Positions 53,821 through 63,007 of a stretch of DNA of 64,000 nucleotides are shown piece after piece. The position numbers were made by a program, and so were the translations under genes. Positions within the stretch are counted from its first letter, which is position 1. The number at the start of each line of letters is the position of its first letter. The DNA is from Bacillota bacterium (lineage in GTDB: Bacteria > Bacillota > Proteinivoracia > UBA4975): the NCBI GenBank assembly GCA_012523545.1, contig JAAYIH010000009.1, positions 1,248-65,247 of the forward strand. The letters run 5' to 3'. A model generated the notes under the pieces. The model was given only the letters and a program-made list of their open reading frames with translations. It made no database searches and was not told where the DNA came from.

Positions 53821-53864
53821 AAGGCTGTCGCAATGGTTGCCACAACCGAAGCGACAGCCTTTTC
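53821..53864 (+). terminator. Hairpin/terminator
   Basis: AAGGCTGTCGC..GCGACAGCCTT-TT. Confidence 0.6.
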
Positions 53865-54085
53865 GTTTCGGCTAAAGACCGGAGCCAAGGCCATAACAAA
53901 AGCAGGGAAAGCAAGCTTCCCCCGCTTTTATTTAAGGAGGTTTGCGCAGTCAGCTTTTCAGCGAACTGCTGCGTAAAAAATGATTTTATCGTATAGAATT
54001 ATTATCAGAAAAATGTTCGAAAGGAGGTATGTTATGACTTAATAAAGAACGTGGATTTAACAATAAATAATTAGGGGGGAAAGTT

Positions 54086-54717
54086 TTGAAACGGTATTTG
54101 CTTACTTTTATCGCAGTCGCAATAGTTATTATCTTATTACATGTGAATACCTGCTATGCTGCTGGTTTACCTATGAGGAAAAATATCTTTTAATTTTATC
54201 CTGCCACAGCTATACCGCATGGCCGTTTGATTTTTATTTTCCCTTTCCGTACTTTATGTTCAGGGTTGACGGGGACAACATTGAGTGCCTTCAAGATGCA
54301 ACAGCCAGAAAATTTGTCGCTCCATTCAAAGATGAAAAATATAATCGCTTGGAGAATTTCTCGCAATACGTAAAGGCCACCGCCCGCAACCGGCACACTG
54401 TTGCACGCGCCAAGGACTACATGAGCGTGCAAGACCTCATTAAGGGAAATAATATTGTTATTGAAATTCAACCCACAAAAATCACCAAGGCAACTCCCCT
54501 TGTTTACGATACGAAATTTACTGTTTTAAAGGAGTACCGCGGCTCATGTCCAAGGGATTATGTGTTCCTGCCAAGGGAGCTCGATGTCAGCAAAAAGTAT
54601 ATAATTTTTCTCGAAGAAGTTGACGATGGCGACGGCTACTACCTGGTCTCCAGAAACAGTATTTTTTCCGAGGAAGACAAAGAATACACCATCATTAAGG
54701 ACGCATTGAGCAAATAA
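54086..54717 (+). pseudogene. AT-rich exported protein gene, frameshifted after its signal peptide
   Basis: RBS+TTG MKRYLLTFIAVAIVIILLHVNTCYAAG stops early; body (EEKYLLIL..SKKYIIFL) is open in another frame to 54717. Confidence 0.5.
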
Positions 54718-55245
54718 ATGGTTAAGAAGCGCAAATTCCTTTTAAGATTTGTTAGCGTCAATCTGGCTGTTTTAGCTGCAATTTTGGTGATTATGACAAC
54801 TAAATCTAATACCCCTTTAGCATATGTACTGGGGATTGGGCTTTTGACAAGCGGCCTTGTTTACCCGGACAAGGCACCCGCAAGCAAAACTATTTCCGGT
54901 TATATCCTGGGGCTTATTATAGGCTCCATGGCTGGGTATGGGACATATCTTTTCCTGATTATGGATTGGCGATGGTCTCTGCCGCCAAGGCTAATTGTAC
55001 TGGCTATTCTCCTGGTAGTGTCTTCTGTTCCTCAAGTACTGCAAATAGCGGTATCCGATCACAACCCATGGGTTATCCTGTGCTCGTTGCTGGTTACGGG
55101 GATTGCAATAAGTATAATATTTTTCGGGTTGCTCCCAACGCCATTCCTTTCCCTTAACAATTCATTGATACTGTTATTCTTGATACCCTCTCTAATTACA
55201 GTTTCTCAGCATGTCATCGCAAAGTATTTGTTTCGATCCGGCTAA
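54718..55245 (+). CDS. Hypothetical membrane protein (AT-rich)
   Basis: 175 aa, about 6 TM, abuts the previous ORF. Confidence 0.7.
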   Translation: MVKKRKFLLRFVSVNLAVLAAILVIMTTKSNTPLAYVLGIGLLTSGLVYPDKAPASKTISGYILGLIIGSMAGYGTYLFLIMDWRWSLPPRLIVLAILLVVSSVPQVLQIAVSDHNPWVILCSLLVTGIAISIIFFGLLPTPFLSLNNSLILLFLIPSLITVSQHVIAKYLFRSG

Positions 55246-55303
55246 ATAACCTGCTTGTGCGTCCCCAAAAGTACTCGATCGCCACAGTAGTTTTCAGCCT
55301 TTG

Positions 55304-55344
55304 CAAAAACTGCCAGTCCGGCCGAAGCGCCGGGCTGGCAGTTT
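55304..55344 (-). terminator. Terminator of the lipoprotein operon
   Basis: AAACTGCCAGCCCGGC..GCCGGACTGGCAGTTT-TT. Confidence 0.7.
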
Positions 55345-55365
55345 CCGTTATTGGGCTTTTAATCC

Positions 55366-56838
55366 TCAGTTGCCGGTGTCGAACAGCCAGTACGGGGTAA
55401 ACATGCTCTTGGCCACCAGGTTGCCGTGGTCGCCGCCGGTCTCAGTTTCGTACATGCCGTGATCGGCATAGATCAGCACCCGGCCCCGCCAGTTTTCCAC
55501 CAGCTGGCGGACGTATTCGTCGGCCTGGCCGATGGCGTCCAGGGTGTTCTGGTGCAAATCGCCCCAGTCGTGACCGGTGGCGTCGATGTCTTTGTAGTGG
55601 ACGAAGAGCAGGTCATGGCTCTGGCCGATGACGCTCAGGGCGTACTGGGTCTTTTCGTCATCGGTGCTACCGTCGTTGTTGCGGTCGACGTTGAAAACCG
55701 GCTCCACTTCCAGTTCCACTGTGTTCAGGGGCCCGATGACGGCGGTCATGACCTTCCCTGCTCCGGCCTGGGCAAAAATTGTGGGCACCTCCAGGCGCCG
55801 GGTGCGCCGGTCGTGGACGCCGGTAACATGGGGCAGTTCCCCGGACAGGGAGGAAGCCACGTTGACCGGAGTGATGGACGGGTAAGCAGACATGGATACC
55901 GCCGGCTCCGGCAGGGTGTCTAGAAACGGCGTATACCCGCGGCTGCTGGCATATTGGTATTGGTGCAGACCAAAGCCGTCCAGCAGGATGACCAGGATGG
56001 GCACCCCCTCCTCCAGCGCCTGCAGGGAATCGGCGTAGACATCGGTTATGCGTTTGGCGGGAGGGTCCAGGACAAGGCCCTTGGCCCGGGGAATGACAAG
56101 TTCATCCCCCGCCATATAGCCCAGGCAGTTCTTGTCCAGGATAAAACGGCCGTCCTGGCGCAGCGGCTCCACCCGGCCGTCGGCGCCGACAACCGCGGCC
56201 GTCCTGCCCTCCAGGCTGACATAGTCCTCCAAGTCAACGGTCCGGTGCCGGTAGAAGGTGGTGGCCGTCAGTTCTTTTCCTTCATGTTCCACCGCAGAGC
56301 TTCCCCGCAACGATGCGGAAATGGAGTAGCCCTGTTTGTACAAGGCTCCCGCCGACAGCCGGGCGATGTCTTTGCCCGGCTGGATGATGGTGAAGGCCTG
56401 GTCGACGGGCAAATCCTGGGCGATGATGACTATTTCCACGATGTTCTTGATGTTGCTGCTCACCGGGTGGTGGAGGTTGATGGCCTCCCAGCCGTTTTCC
56501 CGGCTCAGGGCCAAATAACACTGTTCGAGATTGTCGTTGTCGATGAGGGCGCTGAACCCGTCGGCGGCGATGAAGAGGATCTCCAGGCGTTGGCCGTACG
56601 GCTGGGCCTGCTCGATGACGGGCGCCAGGGGCGCCGCGGCAACGGTTTTGTCCTTGTGCTTCAGCTTCACCGTCTCCGGAACATCCTGCAGCCCCCTTAT
56701 GGTCAGGGGATTGTCCACATCCCCCAGGACTGTCAGGGTCAGCCGGACGGGTTCTTCCCCGCAACCCGCCAGCAAGCTGCCCGCCAGCGCCAACAGCAAG
56801 CAGGAGGCAAGCAGTTTCAGTCCAAATCCCTTTGCCAT
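55366..56838 (-). CDS. Lipoprotein: molybdopterin-oxidoreductase-like repeats plus alkaline phosphatase/NPP-like domain
   Basis: Lipobox LAGC; AADGF..NIKNIVEI; LLDGFG, PSITPVN, DIDATGH, ADHG, GDHG; alternative start TTG 56871. Confidence 0.8.
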   Translation of the reverse strand: MAKGFGLKLLASCLLLALAGSLLAGCGEEPVRLTLTVLGDVDNPLTIRGLQDVPETVKLKHKDKTVAAAPLAPVIEQAQPYGQRLEILFIAADGFSALIDNDNLEQCYLALSRENGWEAINLHHPVSSNIKNIVEIVIIAQDLPVDQAFTIIQPGKDIARLSAGALYKQGYSISASLRGSSAVEHEGKELTATTFYRHRTVDLEDYVSLEGRTAAVVGADGRVEPLRQDGRFILDKNCLGYMAGDELVIPRAKGLVLDPPAKRITDVYADSLQALEEGVPILVILLDGFGLHQYQYASSRGYTPFLDTLPEPAVSMSAYPSITPVNVASSLSGELPHVTGVHDRRTRRLEVPTIFAQAGAGKVMTAVIGPLNTVELEVEPVFNVDRNNDGSTDDEKTQYALSVIGQSHDLLFVHYKDIDATGHDWGDLHQNTLDAIGQADEYVRQLVENWRGRVLIYADHGMYETETGGDHGNLVAKSMFTPYWLFDTGN

Positions 56839-56863
56839 CGCGCTCACCCTTGCCTGCGGGCGC

Positions 56864-57973
56864 TTACTCAACAGCGCTGATGGACAGGAGGTACTTTACC
56901 GAGGCGCTTTTGGGAAGATCCGTAAAGGCAGAGGACAGAATGCCGTCCTTGCTGCGGATGAACACGATACCCTTTTCCAAGTCAGCGGCGCTGACTTCCA
57001 CGGTATAACCGTCTTCAGCTTCCAGCACATAGGCGTCGGCAGCTTTGAGATTGAGCTTGTCCGCCAAATCCTTGAGGCTGATGCCGCTGTCCTCGCCCAC
57101 CTGGGCGGAGGCGAAAAATTCCAGGCCTTTTTCCACGAAGACAAACCCGACATCGCCGGCGCTCACTGCCACCAGGTTCTTGACATGCATGCCTTTGGGC
57201 AGGTCGGGACCACGGAAGGCCGGCGCATTATCGCCCTGGATGACGATGCAGTTCCCGGCAAAGGTGGCCCATTCCTCATTCTTTTCAAAGCCGTCGGAGG
57301 CCAGCATATATACCGAAGGCGAGGCTTGTACATCTTTAAGCAAATCGGAGGTTTTTACCGCCTTGGCGCCGGCCTCAGCCTCGTAGTCGACGACATCCAG
57401 CCTGGTCTGCAGGGTTTCGAAGAAGAAAATCTTGCTTACAGGACCGCCCTGCCCGCCGCCGGTTTCCTTGCGATTGATGGTGATCTTGACGGTGTTTTTC
57501 ACCCAGTACATGGATTCTTCCTGGGGAATGTACATCCGGATGGGGCGGTTTTCTTCGTACAGGGGTTCGCCGTCAATCTCATAGGCCAGGATGATCTTTC
57601 CCCTGGCGACGATGTCGCTGGGGACCTCGACGGAATAACCGTCGCCGGCGGTAAAGCGCACGGTGTCCATATTATCGGCGCTGATGTTCAGGTGCGCCAG
57701 CACGGTTTCCAGCAGGACGCCCTTGATGGGGTACTGGTCGACGCTGCCGTCATCCCTGGTCCTGACTATATCCTCGGTGACAGAATCCAGCTTCATCAGG
57801 TCTGCCACTGAGATCTTCACTTCCCCGGCTTCGGGGCTGGCGATTGTTATGAAATCGTCTTCACCGGTATACTTGTCACCGGGGTCATCGGTTTTGCCGC
57901 CGCAACCCGTCAGCAGCAACATAACGGTGAAAAGAACGGCCAGCACGGTCAAATGGGACTTATGCAACTTCAT
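56864..57973 (-). CDS. Lipoprotein with three molybdopterin-binding-oxidoreductase-like repeats
   Basis: Lipobox LTGC; GVLLETVL..AGDGY..LAYEIDGEPL..PIR..P..WVK; further repeats ASDGF..HVKN and AEDGY..SVKY. Confidence 0.8.
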   Translation of the reverse strand: MKLHKSHLTVLAVLFTVMLLLTGCGGKTDDPGDKYTGEDDFITIASPEAGEVKISVADLMKLDSVTEDIVRTRDDGSVDQYPIKGVLLETVLAHLNISADNMDTVRFTAGDGYSVEVPSDIVARGKIILAYEIDGEPLYEENRPIRMYIPQEESMYWVKNTVKITINRKETGGGQGGPVSKIFFFETLQTRLDVVDYEAEAGAKAVKTSDLLKDVQASPSVYMLASDGFEKNEEWATFAGNCIVIQGDNAPAFRGPDLPKGMHVKNLVAVSAGDVGFVFVEKGLEFFASAQVGEDSGISLKDLADKLNLKAADAYVLEAEDGYTVEVSAADLEKGIVFIRSKDGILSSAFTDLPKSASVKYLLSISAVE

Positions 57974-58055
57974 TTCTTCCCTCTCCTTTGTGTGTTATTA
58001 TTTTCACAAAACCACCGGCATCCCAGTTCCCCGGCATCCCCCCTTGCCGACAAAG

Positions 58056-58089
58056 CAAAATAAAAACAGACTCTTGGAAAAGAGTCTGC
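58056..58089 (-). terminator. Leader terminator (riboswitch expression platform)
   Basis: GCAGACTCTT-TTCC-AAGAGTCTGT-TTTTATTTT, between aptamer and first gene. Confidence 0.8.
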
Positions 58090-58126
58090 ACAATGCAGTA
58101 CAGCAAAAAATACAGTTCTGCCTGCA

Positions 58127-58217
58127 GCTCCTTTCCAAACACGGGAGGCAGCGCCGTTTCCAGCGCTACCCAGCGGTCAATGTTTCATAGTTTCCCTTAG
58201 AAACAAAGACTCGGAGC
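58127..58217 (-). ncRNA. Moco-class RNA motif, P3-less (tungsten-cofactor-type) riboswitch candidate
   Basis: GCUCCGAG..CUAAG..UAUG..GGGU-AGCGCUG-GAAA-CGGCGCU-GCCUCCCGUGUUUGGAAAGGAGC; only CGCU between P2 and P4. Confidence 0.85.
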
Positions 58218-58237
58218 AAAGTATTGCATTTGCCTTC

Positions 58238-58266
58238 AGTCTATAGACAAATAAAAAGTTTGTCAA
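58238..58266 (-). promoter_or_regulatory. SigA promoter upstream of the riboswitch
   Basis: TTGACA-N17-TAGACT. Confidence 0.75.
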
Positions 58267-58277
58267 GGGCGGTCTCT

Positions 58278-59258
58278 TTAGTCCGGCGGCGCCCCGGCGG
58301 CATCCCGGCACTGGCACAGGCCATGTTCGGCCTGGACCACTTCCAGCCGGGCCAGCACCGCCTGGAGCACGGCTCCGGCGTCGGCCTGGCCGTTAAATCC
58401 GGCGTACTCGGCGCTGCCCCACAGGTTGCTGCGGGGAAGATCCCGGACGGCGGCGGCCAATACTTCATACATATTCAGACACCGGGCAACGGCGGGATTT
58501 TTGGCCAGCCTGATAAAACAATTTGCCTGTTGCTGAAAGCCGGTCACTGCAATATCCGCCCCCAGTTCCAGCAGCATCATGGCGACGTAGTAGACATAAT
58601 TGCGCACAGGCACAGCGGTAACCACCAGGCAGTTGCCCACCTTGTGCAGCGTGGCAGAAAGCGCGGCCTGCAGGCGCACCTCCCGCTCGATCCGGCTGGT
58701 CACCCGCAGCACCCGGAGCAAGTCGTTATAGGCAACCCCGCCCTCCTCCAATATCATGGCCAAATCGATGAGCGTGGAATTGGCGGCGGTGGTCAGGTAC
58801 CTGGTGTCGCCCATAATCCCCGCGCCCAGCGCCAGGGCGAGGTTGGCATCCAGCCGTCGCTCCAGACGGCGGCACACCTGCCACACCAGCTGGCAGGCTG
58901 AATCGCTTTCGGCATGGAGCGACGCCAGAGCGCCGGCCAGCAGTTTGTTGTCGGGGTGATGGTCGATGAGCAGGTACTGCGCGGGCATGCAGCCGGGGAG
59001 CTGTTGGGGGTCAGCGGTATCCACCAGGATGACGAGATCGTACTGGCTTACATCGGGCTGGAATATGACCTGCATGCGCAGCCTGTACTGCAACTCCCGG
59101 GCATGCTCGCTGACGGTCCGGGGCACAGCCATGTCGGCGCCCAGGACCGACGCCAGGACGTAAGCCGCGCCCAGGGCGTCGCTGTCGGCGTCGTCGTGGC
59201 AGAGAACCAGCAGGTTCCGGTCCATGTTGTGCCTGAGCACTTGGATAAATTCGTCCAT
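58278..59258 (-). CDS. DHH-family phosphoesterase
   Basis: CHDDADSDALG, VDT, IDHH, IMGDT. Confidence 0.85.
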   Translation of the reverse strand: MDEFIQVLRHNMDRNLLVLCHDDADSDALGAAYVLASVLGADMAVPRTVSEHARELQYRLRMQVIFQPDVSQYDLVILVDTADPQQLPGCMPAQYLLIDHHPDNKLLAGALASLHAESDSACQLVWQVCRRLERRLDANLALALGAGIMGDTRYLTTAANSTLIDLAMILEEGGVAYNDLLRVLRVTSRIEREVRLQAALSATLHKVGNCLVVTAVPVRNYVYYVAMMLLELGADIAVTGFQQQANCFIRLAKNPAVARCLNMYEVLAAAVRDLPRSNLWGSAEYAGFNGQADAGAVLQAVLARLEVVQAEHGLCQCRDAAGAPPD

Positions 59259-59276
59259 GGTCTCACCGTCCCCGGA

Positions 59277-60185
59277 TCAAATGAACTTGCCCCACATCAC
59301 GACTTCCGTTTCCAGGTCTACATTGTGCTTTTTCTTTACCTCGGCCTGGACTTTTCTGATCAGCCGGTAAATATCCCGGGCCGTGGCCTGGTTATCGTTG
59401 ATGATGAACCCGCAATGCTTTTCCGACACCGCCGCGCCGCCCAGACGAACGCCCCTGAGGTTGCAGGACTCGATGAGCTGACCGGCATAGTGGCCGGGAG
59501 GACGGCGAAAGGTGCTGCCGGCGCTGGGTTTGTCCAGGGGTTGTTTTTCCCGGCGCCGGCGGGTATACTCGTCAATTTTGGCCTGGATGGCCTCGCCGTC
59601 GCCGGGGGTCAGTTCCATCTCCACTTCCAGCACCACGTTGCCGTTGCGCTGGAAGATGCTGGTGCGGTAGCCCAGTTCCAGTTCGGCGGCGGAGTAGTGG
59701 ACCAGTTCGCCCCGGGGCGTCGCCGCCAGCACCCGGCGGACGACGTCCTTCATTTCCCCTCCGTAGGCGCCGGCATTCATCACCACCGCCCCGCCCACTG
59801 TGCCGGGAATGCCGCTGGCAAACTCCAGCCCCGCCAGGGAATTGGCCAGGGCAATGGCACTGAGCCGTGTCAGCGCCGCTCCGGCCTGGGCCGTCAGGGT
59901 GGTACCCGCCAGCCTGACCTCGGCCAGATTTTCTCCCAGCACCATTACCACGCCTTCCACGCCCTCATCGCTGACCAGAAGGTTGGTGCCCTTGCCCATG
60001 ACATACCACCGGATGCCGGCGGCATTGCAGTAGTTAATTACCCCGACCACCTGGCTGTAGTCCCGGGGCAGCACCATGTACTGGGCGGGACCGCCCACCC
60101 GAAAGGATGTGTACCTGGCCATGGGCTGCTGGCAGAGGACAGCGCCGACGGCGGTAATTGCTTCCAAATCGGATTTTACATCCAC
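59277..60185 (-). CDS. murB: UDP-N-acetylenolpyruvoylglucosamine reductase
   Basis: TSFRVGGPA, GKGTNLLV, GIPGTVGGAVVMNAGAYG, PSAGSTF, SEKHCGFIIN. Confidence 0.95.
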   Translation of the reverse strand: MDVKSDLEAITAVGAVLCQQPMARYTSFRVGGPAQYMVLPRDYSQVVGVINYCNAAGIRWYVMGKGTNLLVSDEGVEGVVMVLGENLAEVRLAGTTLTAQAGAALTRLSAIALANSLAGLEFASGIPGTVGGAVVMNAGAYGGEMKDVVRRVLAATPRGELVHYSAAELELGYRTSIFQRNGNVVLEVEMELTPGDGEAIQAKIDEYTRRRREKQPLDKPSAGSTFRRPPGHYAGQLIESCNLRGVRLGGAAVSEKHCGFIINDNQATARDIYRLIRKVQAEVKKKHNVDLETEVVMWGKFI

Positions 60186-60315
60186 TGTAACGACCTCCCA
60201 AACTCCGTCCGGCACAGGATAGCATAGCCATCCTGTCCGGGATAATTCGCGCCGGCAGGAAAAGCGGGCGCCGGTGCAGAAATAGAGAGCAACACCCACC
60301 AGGAGGGACAATCGC

Positions 60316-60642
60316 ATGACCCTTGATAAAAGCAAGTTTTGGGCTCTTGCCTGTTATATTCCGCCCCTCTTTGCCCCGATCCTCCTTGTGCGGGGCAAGG
60401 ACACCCTGGCCGCTTTCCATGCCAGGCAGGCGTTTGCGCCCTGGCTGGTGATGGCCCTGGCGGTGACCCTGGGCCTGCTTCCCGGCAGTTTTTTTGCCGT
60501 GGCCAAATGGCCGGCCGTCCTGGGCCTGGGGGCCTATGCTCTCTTCTTGTTGACCCACGGCGTGGTTATGGCCGCCAGGGGGGAAACCGTCCCCCTGCCC
60601 CTCATCGGCCAACACATCCACGCCCTGCTCGGCAAAAAATAA
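60316..60642 (+). CDS. Small membrane protein (DUF4870-like)
   Basis: ALACY..FHARQA..GETVPLPLIG; AGGAGG RBS. Confidence 0.7.
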   Translation: MTLDKSKFWALACYIPPLFAPILLVRGKDTLAAFHARQAFAPWLVMALAVTLGLLPGSFFAVAKWPAVLGLGAYALFLLTHGVVMAARGETVPLPLIGQHIHALLGKK

Positions 60643-60656
60643 CCTGCCGACGGCGG

Positions 60657-60686
60657 AAAAAAGAACCCGGAACTGGGTTCTTTTTT
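60657..60686. terminator. Bidirectional terminator
   Basis: AAAAAAGAACCC-GGAACT-GGGTTCTTTTTT between convergent genes. Confidence 0.8.
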
Positions 60687-61363
60687 CATTCCAACTCCAG
60701 CTCGTCACCGGGCGCCATGACCTCCACCCGGACCTTGCCCCGGGCTTCCACCTCGGCCTTAAACTGGTAAGGATCCTGGCGAATCAGCTCAAAGGTGTTG
60801 TAGTGCATGGGAATAACCACTTTGGGGTTGAGCATCTCCACCGCCAGTCTGGCGTCGGCGGGGCCCATGGTGTAATTGTCGCCAATGGGCAGCAACGCGT
60901 AATCGATGTCCTCCAGCTGGCCCAACAGCCGCATATCTGAAAAGAGTCCGGTATCCCCGGCAAAGTAGATGCCCCGCTGGTGGAAGTTGACGTAAAAGCC
61001 GCAGGCCAGCCCCCCGGCGACCCCGGCGCCGTGCAGGGCAGGGGTGAAACGCAGGTAGCCGAAGGGAAAGTTGGCCCTGCCGCCAATGTGGCCGGTGTGA
61101 ATGCGGCTGACCCCCTGACTGCGGCAGAGGTTGCCCACCTCAAAGGTGGAGATCAAAATGGCGTTATTGTGCTGGCAGATTTCCACGGCGTCCCCCAAAT
61201 GGTCGGCGTGGGCATGGCTGACCAGCACATAGTTGACCTCAATGTTTTGCGGGTCCAAATCGCCGGCCCCGGGATTGCCGTTTATGTACGGGTCAAAGAT
61301 GAGGCTTTCCCGGCCGTTGCTCAAAATAAAACACGCGTGCCCCAAGTAGGTGAGTTTTACCAT
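60686..61363 (-). CDS. UPF0173 metallo-beta-lactamase-fold hydrolase
   Basis: YLGHACF, DPYINGNP, SHAHADHLGD, AGDT, LPIGDNYTMG, PMHYNTF. Confidence 0.92.
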   Translation of the reverse strand: MVKLTYLGHACFILSNGRESLIFDPYINGNPGAGDLDPQNIEVNYVLVSHAHADHLGDAVEICQHNNAILISTFEVGNLCRSQGVSRIHTGHIGGRANFPFGYLRFTPALHGAGVAGGLACGFYVNFHQRGIYFAGDTGLFSDMRLLGQLEDIDYALLPIGDNYTMGPADARLAVEMLNPKVVIPMHYNTFELIRQDPYQFKAEVEARGKVRVEVMAPGDELELE

Positions 61364-61751
61364 CTGCTCGCCCCCTTGTCTCATTATCTCTTTGCCCCGC
61401 GCCCCAATACGGCGCCGGGGGTACTTGCTGACACAAATTCTCCTCTGCGCCGTCGCAAAAGTCATGGGCCAGCTCCACCGGCAGCGCCCCGTCCACTGCC
61501 GGGCGCGCCGCCAGGTACCTGAACCTGCCCACCCGGCAGGCCCCGAGCCTGGGAATACTGCGCAGGGATAACATGTGCACAGCGCCCGCCGTCCCAACGC
61601 CCCGGCGGGCGCCGGGTCCCCTTCCGGCGGCCGCAAGCAGCCGCAGACCTTCCCTGGTCAGCATGGCCGCAGCGACCAGAACGCGGGCGCCCGTCCTGAG
61701 CAGCCCCCACAGCCCGGCCGCCGCAAACCAAAACAAAGCCGCAATGTTCAT
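61293..61751 (-). CDS. Doubtful hypothetical protein
   Basis: GGGAGG RBS, ATG 61751, hydrophobic N-terminus; overlaps the next gene by 71 nt and has no recognisable domain. Confidence 0.3.
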   Translation of the reverse strand: MNIAALFWFAAAGLWGLLRTGARVLVAAAMLTREGLRLLAAAGRGPGARRGVGTAGAVHMLSLRSIPRLGACRVGRFRYLAARPAVDGALPVELAHDFCDGAEENLCQQVPPAPYWGAGQRDNETRGRADGKTHLLGARVFYFEQRPGKPHL

Positions 61752-61807
61752 GGCGCCGCCTCCCGTACCTGATGTTCCAGTATACGCACCGGCGGCGCCG
61801 GCTGCAA

Positions 61808-62794
61808 CTAAATCAGCTTCAAGTTTCGGGCCTGTTCCGCCACCGTCTCCGTCACTTTGTTCTTTAACTCCTCCGGGGCCAGTACTTCCACCTGGTGACC
61901 GTGGCTGAGCACCCACGGGAAGATTTCCTCCAGGGTGCTGACTGACTTGTGGAACTCCAAACTGCCGTCGGGCAGGTCCACTAATTTGTCGGCCCGCTGG
62001 CCGTGGTACTCCCGCACAAACCGGCTGTATTCGGGGCTGAAGCGCAGCACTACCCGGTAGTCCATTTCTCCTTTTAAAACGTCCCAGCAGCGCGTGGAAT
62101 AATCGTCGTAGTTAAAAGAGGGATCGGGCTGAAAACCGGTTTCCAGCAACTGCGCTTCGAGAATCCGGTCCAGGCGGAATTCCCGAATGGCCTTGCGCAC
62201 CGTGCAGTAGGCCACAATATAGTATTGGTGGCGAAAATAAATGGTATACGGGTGAATAATCCTTTCGCTGCACTCGTCGCTGGCAAAGGCGTGGTAGCGG
62301 ATGTGCACCTCCCGGTGCAAGCGCACGGCTTCAATGAAGGTCTTGAGGATCTGCCCTTCCCGGCTGCCTCCTCCGGGCAGCTCCACCCGAAAGTGCTGGT
62401 AAATTGCGCGCAGATAGCTTTGCTGCAGTTCAGGCAGAGTGGAAATAAGTTTCCGGGTCAGCTCTTTGCCGGCATCCACCACGGGATCACTGCCCAAAGC
62501 CTCCAGCAGCCGGTTCATGAAAACCAGGGCCATCAGTTCGGCAAAGGAGCACTGCAACCCTTCCAGCTTATAGCCGTCCAGCATGAAATAATAACATTTT
62601 CCGTCGCGGACTTCTTCGGTGACCGGAAACACGCGGGAGAGGCAATCCAGGTCCCGGTACACCGTGCGCAGGCTGACCTCAACCCCCAGGTCGTCCCTCA
62701 GTTCCCGATGCAGATCTTCGGCTGTGCGTCCGCTTTTCCAGCCGTCCAGGGCCCGCAACAGGTAGAGTTGGCGCTCAACCGCGCTTACGCTCAA
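61808..62794 (-). CDS. HTH-WYL-WCX transcriptional regulator
   Basis: VSLRTVYRDL HTH, YYIVAYC..IREFRLDRI, WVLSHG..VEVLAPEEL. Confidence 0.9.
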   Translation of the reverse strand: MSVSAVERQLYLLRALDGWKSGRTAEDLHRELRDDLGVEVSLRTVYRDLDCLSRVFPVTEEVRDGKCYYFMLDGYKLEGLQCSFAELMALVFMNRLLEALGSDPVVDAGKELTRKLISTLPELQQSYLRAIYQHFRVELPGGGSREGQILKTFIEAVRLHREVHIRYHAFASDECSERIIHPYTIYFRHQYYIVAYCTVRKAIREFRLDRILEAQLLETGFQPDPSFNYDDYSTRCWDVLKGEMDYRVVLRFSPEYSRFVREYHGQRADKLVDLPDGSLEFHKSVSTLEEIFPWVLSHGHQVEVLAPEELKNKVTETVAEQARNLKLI

Positions 62795-63007
62795 AACCGC
62801 ACCCCCCGCAGCATACGTTTTCCTAATATTTCGCTGCATTCTCGCCCATTTCCTGCCTCGGCGCCGGCCCGAAAAAGGAACATCCTCCGGCAACGCGAAT
62901 TATATATAGATAAGGAAGCGCAACCCCTGCTTCCGTGCAGCGCCGCCGGTTGGCTAATCCGGGGACGGGCCTGATATTAGCCCCAATAACACCGAGGAGG
63001 AATTATT

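Noticed and set aside
53700-53894. Minus-strand 64-aa ORF as a type I toxin
   Set aside because: No RBS; it overlaps the better supported plus-strand gene and runs through a hairpin
58021-58230. Cobalamin riboswitch (first impression from AAGGGAA and lipoprotein context)
   Set aside because: No B12 box; the sequence fits Moco-motif landmarks (CUCCGAG, CUAAG, GAAA tetraloop, CCUCCCGU..GGAAAGGAG)
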